Positions 29,001 to 40,582 of a stretch of DNA of 64,000 nucleotides are shown in pieces. Position 1 is the first letter of the stretch, and each line of letters begins with the position of its first letter. A program made the translations under genes and the position numbers. The notes under the pieces were generated by a model. The model was not told the origin of the DNA, did not search any database, and saw nothing but the letters and a program-made list of their open reading frames with translations. The DNA comes from Bugula neritina (taxonomy: Eukaryota > Animalia > Bryozoa): assembly GCA_964035545.1 (NCBI GenBank), contig OZ037766.1:25904339-25968338 (forward strand), written 5' to 3'.

Positions 29001-30064
29001 TACCTCTCATAGTTTCTTATTGGCTGTTTACTTCTCATAGTTTCTTATTGGCTGTCTTTACCTCTCATAGTTTCTTATTGGCGGTCTTTACCTCTCACAA
29101 ATCGTTATTGTTTCCATTACCTTTCTGATCAACTCATGTTTCAATGCGTGGATCATTTCTACTAGGGTATGTGTATTTTCTGTCCACTTTTTAGTTTAAT
29201 GTGTCTTTCAGCGTAGAGTAATGGAGCTATGCATGGGGTAATATATTTAAATAGTACACATGTCACTCTTCAACTGTTCTACTCTATTGCTTGTATGTTC
29301 TAAAGCTGTTTCTAGTATATATAATTTATAGTCTTATAAACAGCAAAGGTACAAACATTGTACATGGTGTATATAAATTTTACAAGTTGTGCATACATTG
29401 TACGTGGTGTACATACATTGTACATAGTGTACATATGTTGTACGTATACCTCCAGTGCTAGACTGTATTACTCATCTTATTCAGATTTCCTAGCAAAATA
29501 CGTTGGCATTCCAAAATGATAAATAACTTATTCAAATTAAAAATGCTAAAAAATAGCTTGAGTTGGATATATATAGATAGTTTTTGGGAATTACCCTATT
29601 AATTTATTGAGAATTGTACTTTTGAGTATAGCAAGAGCTTGTAGAATTTTAATAATGTAACTCTGTTGAAAACTGGTTGAAAACATTAGATGCATTTGAA
29701 TGTACATATTTTATCCCTGGTAATATCTGGTCTTTTTCACATGCTAGAAAAGCCAAAACATATAATCAACTTAGTAAATCATTTAAACACTAAAACTTGT
29801 CTACCAAAGTTTTGCTCAAATTTTCAGGTATCTTTTGCTGAATGTGTTCCTACCTTTACACATTATGTATTCTACCAATGCATGTTTTACCTGCTCATTT
29901 TACAGTAATTTGCCTAGATTGTTAAAACATGCCAACTATGCACCGTGCACACATATTTCATTTTTTAGAATGTTTATTCCGTGCAAGAAGAAGATGAGGA
30001 CCCAGGGGACCTGGGGTTACCCTCAGATCCTAACTCTGCAGCTCCTATGTTGGCTTTCATGTGA
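14038..30064 (+). CDS. SLC9A6: Endosomal/organellar Na+/H+ exchanger, NHE6/7/9 clade (about 698 aa)
   Basis: Exons 14038-14305, 16191-16390, 17911-17988, 20003-20079, 20412-20533, 20695-20800, 21211-21443, 21670-21840, 22312-22468, 23121-23273, 24803-24854, 26198-26263, 26795-26898, 27258-27396, 27862-27936, 29969-30064 (2097 nt, phases consistent). Diagnostic motifs [90 protein letters not shown]-terminal GDLGL. Likely co-ortholog of SLC9A6/7/9. Confidence 0.95.
16790..17875. repeat. Complex satellite block: degenerate array 16790-16960 inverted relative to arrays at 17325-17640, then a 40-bp unit (gagtatagcccgtggagtgtagactatagattatag..) x5
   Basis: Tandem units visible; the left block is the approximate reverse complement of the right block. 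Confidence 0.85.
18412..18662. repeat. 17-18 bp G-rich minisatellite (ggggtggctgctgtaca)n
   Basis: About 14 units; explains ORFs 18443 and 18460. Confidence 0.92.
21487..21630. repeat. (GAGT)n compound microsatellite
   Basis: Direct inspection. Confidence 0.95.
25755..25850. repeat. 21-bp tandem repeat (gctatattgtatggaatagat..)
   Basis: About 4-5 units. Confidence 0.8.
26899..27257 (+). other. U12-type (minor spliceosome) GT-AG intron in the NHE gene
   Basis: 5' end GTATCCTTT; branch sequence TTCCTTGAC at 27238-27246 with the A 12 nt from the 3' CAG; no long polypyrimidine tract; splicing restores LDNA|IFKPILTH. Confidence 0.93.
27570..27855. repeat. Degenerate (TATTG/TGTTA)n low-complexity array
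   Basis: Direct inspection. Confidence 0.8.
28915..29100. repeat. 30-bp tandem repeat (tacctctcatagtttcttattggctgtctt)
   Basis: About 6 units. Confidence 0.88.
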
Positions 30065-30395
30065 GAGCTGAGTCTGCCAGAGTTCACTATTGCATAATAC
30101 TTGTAGTAATGTTGTCACTACAGCAGCATTCACTTCTAGTGTACATATTCAGTGGAGTACCCACTGGTAGATTTAATCACAAACTGCATCAACTGTTCAC
30201 TTTAGCTTTATTTCAGTTTATAAATTGTTGATATATTTTATTTATATTAATATATTTCAGCATATTATTTATTATACATACTCTGTATATTCATGATTGT
30301 ATTAATTAAATCTGTTGTACTCAATTATGTACCACTTTTCATTTAATCTTATTTATTGGTTGTCAGCTCAATTCATCCAAAAGTTATGTGTGGAA

Positions 30396-30540
30396 ATTGT
30401 TCTATAAGCAGCTCAGAGTTTGGGGTGACTAAGTTTGGGGTTCATGAGTTTGTGGTTGGGAATTTAGTGGAGCTCCAAACTTGGGAATTCCAAGTTGCTG
30501 CACTCATTCACCCCCAACTTGGAGCTGCTTATAGAACAAT
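30396..30540. mobile_element. Small foldback MITE
   Basis: Perfect 19-bp inverted ends ATTGTTCTATAAGCAGCTC / GAGCTGCTTATAGAACAAT; interior shares motifs (agcagctc.gagtt.gggg, ctgcactca.tcacc.ccaact) with the element at 35.0 kb. Confidence 0.7.
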
Positions 30541-31904
30541 GCTATTTATGGTAATAGCCTGACTTCATTCATGGTTGTGTTATCTTGTACAATGGCCAAT
30601 GCCTAGTCTAGCACTTCTCTCTCGTTTTGTTACTCCTTATATCTTCTTAATCTAGGAAAATTTGATGATCATATATAATCATTATTAACTTCATTCTAAT
30701 TTCAAAAAATGTTTGGCAATCATATTATTTTATATATTTAACCATCTTAGAACTTCTATTTTGGTTTAATTTTGTTTCCAACTCAGAAACATTGTAGCAT
30801 TATTCACAATTATCACTGTGCTTCAAATTATTTTTTAATTCAAGGGGTGAATTGTTTTTTGTGCAATAACTAGTGTCAATTCTTTCATGGTTTTTGCTTT
30901 CCCAACATTTAATTCTTTGCTAGGCACTTGATGTATTGAGAAGTTTTACATCTTGGTCAGCAAAATTTTACAATTATTTTCATTAATATATGTGATACTT
31001 CATACAGGTATGACTAGGTAATCCGCTATATTGACATGATTTCATTTTATTAAGTTTTCTTCATTCAGTGCATAATATTATGTTTGGAAATTTATGTGCA
31101 GGCTTGAGTTGTGACCAAGCTTTTTTGTGGTTTAAGTTGCTCAACAACTCAATATGTCATTTTATTTTTAATAATCAATAAAATTTATAAGAATTCTTAT
31201 AGTTAAATTCGCTAACTAGAAATGTTAAACTGGTCAGATATATCAAAACAAAATATTGGAACATGCCATCCCCGCTGTACAATTACATCTTTTAAAATGT
31301 AGATAGCACCAGAATGATTTTGCAAGCTCCTATCTTGCCATTAGCTTAGGCCGAGGATAAGGAACTTGCTCGGTAAATTAGTTATGCCTGAAGGGTATAA
31401 TTTTGAAAGTTGTCTGCCCTTGAGTGGTAAAAGACTGTAGCGGTTGTACATGTTTCCAAATGAGATTATTATTGGTATATGAAGAATTCCGCTGCTCTAA
31501 CCCGATGAATGTTGTAACATTTCGAAAAAATTTGTCATGTTCCAATTTTGCTCGTATATTTTTCAAACTATGTGAATTTGGCTAGTTGGTATTGAAATGA
31601 CCAGTAACGTTTTTATTTTAAAGTCAATGTGTTTCTTAACACTGTAAGCATAAATAAATGTTTTGTATATGCCCTAGGGCCTAGTTTTTACTGCAATTTC
31701 TATAGCATTTAAATAGTCAACATCAGAATGCAAAGGGTTAAAGTTCATAAATAATATATCTTGTCAGAATGTTGTTTCAGATCAAAACTGATATAAATTA
31801 GAATATTACATCATCAGTTTACTGTGAAGCCATTTTTAACTTTTCAGTGAAGGGTACAGTTGCTTAGGCCATAGACTGGCTATGTTCAAATAATAATTTT
31901 TAAA

Positions 31905-33874
31905 ATGTCACTTTATCCCAATAGACACGCGCAATGCAGCTCTAGTTGTAGACCTCATATGCACTTGTAAGTTTTTAATCATTACCTTAAAGTGCTACAG
32001 ATTACATGAGTATATATATAATTTGTACTTAGCAGATTGGCCAATTTGATTATAAGTTACTTAATATATTATAATAATTATAGTACACTGGTATATACAG
32101 CATTATTCTATAGTGATCCGAAAAACCTATCTATCATAGAGATAATACAAGGTCTGTTGCAGTTTTTCCTTCAAATCCTTTAAACCTGATTGGGGAGGGA
32201 GAGGAAGGTGACAAGACTAGTAAACCCTTCCCAACTACATGACTAAAGTACACACTTACATAGCTGTTTTTTTCGTTGGTAATTTATTACAGAAGGCATT
32301 TGCCCCAAACCTTTAGGACTAATGTTCTAGAATGCAGCTAGCTCCAAAGCCTGTGATACTTTATTATTTCATATACCACTTATAAATATTTTAATTCAAA
32401 AGTCGATTTTTGAAGATGAAAATATACTATAAAGCCAAGGCTGAGTTAAGCGTTTGCAAGTACCTGTCTCTACTAGTCAGCTAATACACATGACCATTAC
32501 GTAGCATTGTATGCACTGCATTTGATGCTCAATGCTCATCAAACTTGTACATTGTTTAGAAAACTGAATGCTTCTTACCCACAACCTCCTTGTTCTAAAA
32601 GTCTTAAATCATGTTCTCGTAATCGCAGTTTAGCCTGTGTGCTCAGGTTTGGACTGCAACACCCAAGTGATATTATTGCAGGAATTCAGGGAGCAAGTAA
32701 ATCTGAAAGTATGTCCTGGTTTTGTCATTGTATGTGTAGTTTATACTATTTGCATATATTGGGTCAACTTGCCAACAATGTGAACATTCTGCTGAATTAA
32801 ACTACAATTTAGTTGTTATGGTTTCTTAGTAGACTCATATACACAGCAAGTACATGTTGTCATTAGACAACAGGAATAGAGACTTTATTTAAATTTTCTA
32901 TGGTGTGTTCGGTTTTTACTACTAAATATATCTTTAGCCCAAAAACCACTCAAGTTCTAGTTTGTATATTCTGGCCTTTACTATAATGCTAGCGACACGA
33001 AGGTTTGATATCAAAAGAATTTATATCATTATATTTTAATCATTGCATACAACATGTTGCAGCCTCAATTTAATATTCTGTCACCTTCAGTTATCAGGTA
33101 GAGAAATAATTCAAATTCAAGCGGTCAATACTTTGTTATAAAATAAAACAGTGGATCTGTTATGCCTTAGGTGAACATTTCAACTCCTATAAAGGTATCA
33201 TAGAAACTAATGCTTCCCTGCCAAATTGTGAAAAATTGAAAGCTGGACCAGGTGTCAAAGCTTCAAGTTATGTAAGTAAAATATCATGCATACACAAATC
33301 ATGCACCTCTATAATAGTTGATAAACTAGTACTTACTGGCTCAAGCATGTATACAGTAATATGCACGTGTTGGTAGTGAATGTTAGCTTGTAAGATGCAC
33401 ACACAGACACACATATAAAGCTATATTAATTACAAGTGTGATATTTTATACTATCTATTGTAAGTCAAATGTTCTATAATACAGCTATAAGACATATGTA
33501 CACATTAAAATGTTTCTCTGAAAGGGCGTGAAAATTGCACTAGCTGTTTTATATAAATCCAAGTACTCTGATTGGTTGAGCAGTTTAGAGCATGCAGCCG
33601 TGTAACTTTCATTATGTGACGTCATTCAATGTAAATGCAATGCTAACAGAGCTGCATGAAAAGTTTTACTTGAATTGGGCATAAATTCTCATACTCATGA
33701 AAAACTTTCATGCTGAAAAATGGCATTTGAATGTGTTTTATAGCAGCACTAATTTTGTGAGGTAGAAAGCTGGTGTTAATATAAGCCGTATTCTCAATAG
33801 AAAATAAAAAATATGAGCATGCAGATTAACCTATATAAGCTAAAATCTGTAATCGTATAAATAGCATTATAAAT

Positions 33875-33969
<95 letters not shown>

Positions 33970-35796
33970 TACCCACTGCTATTAGGTTAGAGTTATAGAT
34001 AATTATAGCATTTCAATATAATAATATGCTCTAGATTTTTAAAATTTACCATGCAGTACATTCTGTTATCAAAATAATATAATAATACTATACCAGTAAA
34101 TATTTTTCAAAGTTCATGGAAATGAATGCACTAAGTTGAGCATGTCTAATGAGATAGGTTATCATTGTATTATTTTAATGAACGACTTATAATTTATTGC
34201 AGAAAATAGTTCAACATGGTGCCCCAGTGAGTATGCATAGTTCACATACATATAATTACTGCTATTGTCAGGATAAAATTAAAGAATTGATAACTTATTG
34301 AAACAAGTTATCCTTTAGCAAAATTGCAAGCTTGCTAATAATAATATAATGTTCTATATGATTTCTCATGACAAGCCATAGGTTTTATTGATATAAACTA
34401 CTATGTCTTTAGCTAAATTATAAAATATGAAAAATTGAATTTTTTTTCTATATAACTGATTAATGGTACTGTAGATAATATACTACATATTTTAGTGTCA
34501 TTAAAAAAGTAAGTAAATAACAAGTAATACAACTAACATCTGAGAACTATCTGTGCGCTGGTGATTAAGACACATGGGCTTAATGGTACATGTGTGTTAG
34601 TGTGTAGCAACTTGAGCATTAACACTTTGGAGCAACAGTTTTGCAATTATTGCACATACCTATATAAGCAAATACACATAATATTACTAATTAATCAAAA
34701 TTAAATTGAAGGCAAAATTCCAAACCCTGAATATATAAAATATAATTTAAGTAATTTTCTTGTTGTGAATGCAGTACTTTAAGTTGATAACTAGACTTGA
34801 GAACTGACGGTAACATGAGAACCTCTGGTGGTTAGGTTTTGAACCATGCAGCTTCCCACCATGTTAGCATCATGGTTTATTAGGAGCATCTATCACCATC
34901 ATTATCATCCTTCCAATACCACCAATGGCTATTTGAAACCCATTCATGAACTAGCACACATGTCACACTAGAACTACTCTAGGAGCAGCTCCGAGTTGGG
35001 GGTGGTTATAGCACTGACCTAGTGTGACGAAATTATTTATAATAGCCCTGGGTTGGAGGTGATTGAGTGCAGTAGTTTAGGGTTCTTAGGTTTGAAGTTG
35101 GGGGTCTAAGTTGGCACTTTGAACCCCAAACTACTGCACTCAGTCACCTCCAACTCGAGGCTATTCCAAATACTTTTGTCACACTAGGTTAGTGCTAGAA
35201 CCACTAGACCGCCATATTTCTCTGAAAGTTTCTGAGGCTAATTTGTTTCCATGATTCAAAGATTAGGAGAAGTACCTACCCAGTGTATATAAACTTTGTG
35301 AGTTCTAAACCCTGCTCCCCAGGTACCTGCATTATAAGGCCAGAGAGAAATGCCATCAAAGACATGCTCAGGAGAGAAGTGAAGAAAGCTCGATTTGCAA
35401 AACAGGTACGATAATACAATATGTAGTTAAATATTAGTTCAGTATAATATTGAATATATATTTACCACATCATAAAATATTTCTGTAACATGGCATTTGG
35501 TTTATATTATAGCAGCTTCTAAATCATAAGCCTTTAGGCCTAGCCTGTCTAGTAACTTCTTATAATTTTAGTTTCATTATTAAATAGGTAAGAAAATAAG
35601 TATAATTTGCTTAAGTGCAACAAATTGCATGATAATATGATGATAAATATATGGGATACAACTTTATAGACCACATTGAATGTTGACTCAGATAAAAATA
35701 GAATATTTCCATTTCAACTTACAGCATCAACAGAAGAAAAGTGGGGAGCTGAAAACTGACCATAATAATGGAACTCAGCTCACTTTAATACATTGA
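31905..35796 (+). CDS. Uncharacterised basic, Cys-rich orphan protein (about 201 aa), 6 coding exons
   Basis: Exons 31905-31966, 32560-32729 (alternative same-phase donor after 32708), 33171-33271, 34203-34226, 35229-35405, 35725-35796; all introns GT..AG with donors GTAAGT/GTATGT/GTAAGT/GTGAGT/GTACGA; total 606 nt, open through TGA. No family recognised. Confidence 0.6.
33879..33966. repeat. (AT)44 microsatellite
   Basis: Perfect AT run. Confidence 0.98.
35002..35204. mobile_element. Foldback MITE, same family as 30396-30540
   Basis: About 80-bp inverted arms gtggttatagcactgacctagtgtgac...gagtgcagtagttt / aaactactgcactc...gtcacactaggttagtgctagaaccac. Confidence 0.75.
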
Positions 35797-36231
35797 TCTA
35801 ATGTTTCATCAGAAATTAGCATGTCCTCTATAGTATACCAAAGATCATCTGGTAAAACTTTGCTGGGAAAAGTTAAAAGAAAGAACCCGAACTTTGATAC
35901 AAAATATGGATATAATTAATGAAAAACTGTAAAATTAAAGAAATGACTTAAAATTGCTGAAAAATATTCACTATTTATAGTACAAATATTTCATCTCCTT
36001 ATAATCAAGCAAGTTGAACAAATAAATCTCATCATAACTATTATGAGTTGTTTGGCTATTGTATTTAAACACGATATATTATTTATTTTATAGAATGTGA
36101 TTATAAAGGAAATTTATTACAAAGTCAGGCATATTATATGCTTGAAGAAAATGATATGTCATTATATGCAATCTTATATATTTTTAAAGTAAATAATATA
36201 TATACACTTATTTTATTTATTCACATGCTAT

Positions 36232-36536
36232 CCCTCTAGACACACTATGCCGCACCGTAGGCTGTAACGTAAAATAGTAGCCATTTTTACAAAAGCCCGA
36301 GCTTCCTGTACGATGTTGCAGCACGTTAGGATCAAGCACTGCGTGATTAAAAGATAACGCTGCAGCGGGCTCCTATTGAACAGAAAGACCTTCGAGTCAA
36401 TTAATTGGATATAAGTGTCTAATGAAGTGTCATTGATCATACCAATAGCGCACTTGGAGAACTTCAGCCAGGACACATTAAAAATGGCTGATATTTTACG
36501 TTATGGCCTACGGTGCGATAAAGTGTGTCTAGGGGG
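36232..36536. mobile_element. MITE with about 58-bp TIRs and a possible 3-bp TSD (TAT)
   Basis: CCCTCTAGACACAC...CGCACCGTAGGC..TAACGTAAAATA..AGCCATTTTTA inverted at 36479-36536; TAT on both flanks; CpGs retained, suggesting a young insertion. Confidence 0.8.
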
Positions 36537-37399
36537 TATGTGTTGTTATTAGGTAACTTTGATTTAGTTTTAATGAAAAAATTGTGCACATTTCTTTGCT
36601 TCAAAGTTTACAATGAGCATCCTTATGATAGTCATAAATGCTGCATACATAGTAAAAGTTCCCCTTTCTCTTAAAGTGTTATTAAAGCTAGTTTGCTACC
36701 ATCTCCCCTGCACGTCATCACTTTTCTTGGGCTGCCTGTTGGTGATCTTGTAATTAGCACCCCTATGGAAACCCAAAAGAGTATTTTTCCAAGTATGAAA
36801 AAAAGACGCGTTACATTTGCGCATCCAATCTTGGCAAATTGACTTTCTTTATCTAATTATGTCTAAATGTATATAAATGTGTTCACAATTAGCTTGAGTT
36901 TTTAATTATATGGCTATCACTAAGAATATTTTATTTTTTAGTGAAGCTGCCAGATGTATAGATGCATGGATTCACACACTCTTTGGTCAATTCCGAAGCA
37001 GTTTCACCAATTGTATACCTGCGTTCACTTATTCTGAATCTGGACACAAATAATTAATTGCCCAATCAGCATCAACTTTGCCAATCATACAATCAAACAG
37101 ATAAGTTTAATAGGATCTGCAGTTTGTTCAGTTTGTTTTGCAAACTCTGACCCAACATCACCAACTTCAAAACCTGTCACATATACACTCAATTCAATAT
37201 TTTAACAGTGGTTTAGGCGGGTGAAAAAAAGCCTTTTTGCCATGCTTTGTGAGAAAATCATGCTACAATAACTTGTTATGCTTATGCTCACTAAATTTCA
37301 TCAGCTGCTTTGTATAGCTAACCAAATGATAAGGCAACAATTAATAAATAAATATACACATATCTTACTATACCATGACTGATGCCACCGTTGGTCAAT

Positions 37400-37690
37400 A
37401 CAAACGTAGTTGTCTACCCTTAAAAACTGCAGCAACTTTAGAAATCACGTGATCTCTTGCTTGCAAGAACGGTAATTCCTGGCAATAATTATCATCATAA
37501 TGATAGTGCTTTCACCTTTAATTATTATAAATATCACGATCAAGTAAAAGGCTATTTTTAATAGTCATACATTGACGCAATACAACAAACTGAGCACTAG
37601 TTGGAAATTACTAGGGTGACGAAACCGAATATAGAGATTCAGATTGAGAGTTCTAGAACTCACTGAAAGGGGGAAGTGTAATAATCATCA
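37400..37690 (+). promoter_or_regulatory. Inferred promoter / first non-coding exon of UBE2A
   Basis: CpG-containing patch (CACGTG, TGACGCAA, X-box-like TTACTAGGGTGAC) followed by the same hexamer-drift zone seen after the other TSSs. The UBE2A ATG exon has an upstream acceptor (TTAG at 40551), so an upstream exon is expected. Confidence 0.45.
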
Positions 37691-40582
37691 CATTGCTATC
37701 TATTTTGTAATACTAATAGAGTAGGATTAGAATACTGATAGTGATTGTGATATTCATACTCCAATACCCATTAGAATAGTTTACGTCAGACTGATTCCGA
37801 TTTACTTTTAGTCATTTTGATTTAGTTTTACACTTACTGACTTGGTCTAAGTCTTACACTAACACTTACACTTAGTCTTACAGTTACAGTTGGACTAGGT
37901 GTAGCAGCATCAACTATCAAGTATCAGTATGACTATTGTTAAACTTTAACAATAACTTAAAGTTAAACTTAAAGTTAATCTAAGTTTTAAAGTTAATCAA
38001 TGTGAATGTGAAATTGAATGTTATAAATTTGAATATCAATAAGTATAACTAACATTCACCAAATCAGTAGCCGTAGCTTAGTGAGTAGTTCTCTATAAGT
38101 ATATAAGTATAAGTTCAAGTATTAGTATAACTTATCTTATAAATACTTAATCTTATAACTTATAAGTTATAAGTTATAGGATTAAGTTATAACTATAAGT
38201 GAATAACTATAATTGAATTAAGTTATAAGTTATCAGTTATAAGTGAACAGCAATATCAATATGAATATTATTATCATTATGACATTATCAATATGAATAT
38301 GCTATGCCTATTGTTAGTGAGTCACTGAATGGGGCATTCACATTGAGTTTGACATATTCATGTTGATATTGATATTAACTGATATTGTCATTGTTTATTG
38401 ATATTAAATTTGATGTGTTAAATATGTTTTGAGGTAATTGTGTAGTTATAATATTAATATTAATTTAAGGTTAAATATTATCATTAGCTTTTCCTTATCT
38501 TGATCATATTGTATTGATATTGTATTTCTAATACTAATAATAACAGTAATACTAATAGTTATTGAAAGAGGAATATTGATATTGAATTTAATATTGATCA
38601 TCCTGTGGATAGTTGATGGTCACAGTAATAATTATGATGATAATGTGACAGAGTGATTATGAAGCTGAAAGTTAAACTCAATTATATTCTTTTAATGAAA
38701 AAATGTGAAACAGAAATTTGTCATTACAGTAATTCTGATAGTTACTGTAATGCCATTTCAGGCATCAGGCTTGGCATTAGATTTAGTGAATTACATTCTG
38801 ACTCTCCCTAACTTATACTGATACTTTGAGGTATAAGACTAAGTACAATATGAATATAAGTTATGGTGACACCTATAATAATAAGTAAATAATTGTGCTG
38901 AGTTATAATTATTATCAAGTTTCTTAAATAAATAAATTTACTGCTATGTACTAATGACTATGCAGTGTTACTATTACTACCAGTATACGATAGCTATAAG
39001 AGAAAAACTAAATCTTAAAGTAAACGTAATCCACCCATTTGTTCACGATGTTAATACTGATAGTGATTGCTGTAAGCAGACCAACACTGATGGGCAATCT
39101 TGATTTTCTCTTAGACCTTGAAGTTAGTTCTCAAAATTGCCCCTATTAATAAATTTGAATTAATTATGATTGTAAACTTTATCACTTATATATGTATGTG
39201 ATTATATACCAGTAGCTGATAATCTCATTGTAATTTACTTATTGTACTTGTACTATATTTTTCATGAAATATCTATTTATTATTTGTTTATTCAGTATAA
39301 TAAGCAATTATTTACATTTGTAAAACTCTCACTAATTAAGCAAAGTTACTGACACCAAGTCAATATAAACATTTTAAAACCCAGGTTCCCTTTTTACGCA
39401 GGTTCATTCTTATACTCAGTATGGTTTTAGTAGCAGAATTAATTTAAACTTTAATTTCCTACTATTAACGTGATAAATCAAGAAATCTCATTTTATGCAA
39501 ATGGAATCAAGTATAAAAAGCCTCCTATTTTCATAACAACCACAATTTCTACTAATAAATGTTCTCATAATACTAGCTACCTACTCATTTTATTAATACT
39601 TTTAATGGCTATAGACTAAAATGTAGCCTCATTAGTTAGTGCAATAGCTGTTGATTTTGGTTTTGTTAATCTGAAAAGTGTTGTAACTAATTATGTATAA
39701 TTCTTGCATTTTTAATTTAAAATAGGTATTTATCCTAATTTAAAACTGGCACTTATACCATTTGTGTACGTTTTACAGGAAATTTGATTTGATCACAATT
39801 TTTTAATTTTAATTTAGCATGGAGCCAAATTTTAAATAAGAATATATATGAACTAATAATAAAATCAGGTTAAAATTTTCTCAAGCCAATATCTTCTTAG
39901 TACAGCAGCAGTAGGTAGCAACTTGTAGTTTAACTAAATGGCTTTCTCAAAAATTAGACATAAGCAATATAGTTTTTCATTTGTAGTTGTACTTTGCTGT
40001 TTACTATAATAATGATTGCATATACACTCATTTTTTATATCAATTTGTTAAGTAAATGATTTTATGAGTTTATATTCATAAAACTTAGTGTACGAGTTTG
40101 TCCACTGGTGGTACAGCAAGCACGTTTTCATCACTTCTTGCTCAGCAATAATGTGTAAAAATGGCCAAAAATTTGGGTTTTGTAATGCGAGAATTGTCTC
40201 TTTGAATTTTTATAGGTCTGCAAATTTGCTTGTGTTGCTGTGTGAATACATATTAGTTTTATTTCCACAGTTGACATTAAACTTGTATTGTCGTCAAAAT
40301 TAATATTCACGAACTCATTAAATTTAAAGCAGAAAAAATATGCTTTAGCTAGGTTGGCAAATTGTAGGTTTTTAGAAAGACATTTGACCTTCACCTTGAC
40401 ATTAATTTTTTTGTTTATTTTTCATTGTGATTTTATTCATTTTAGGCTAGTGCTGAAGGATTTATCTTTTTGAGGTGACGCAAGTTGTAAATTATATTGA
40501 AGAATTACCCTAAACTGAGGCGGCTTATATTCTATTTTAACTCTTACTTAGATTCAATTTAATAGTAGGAATAAGCAATAAT

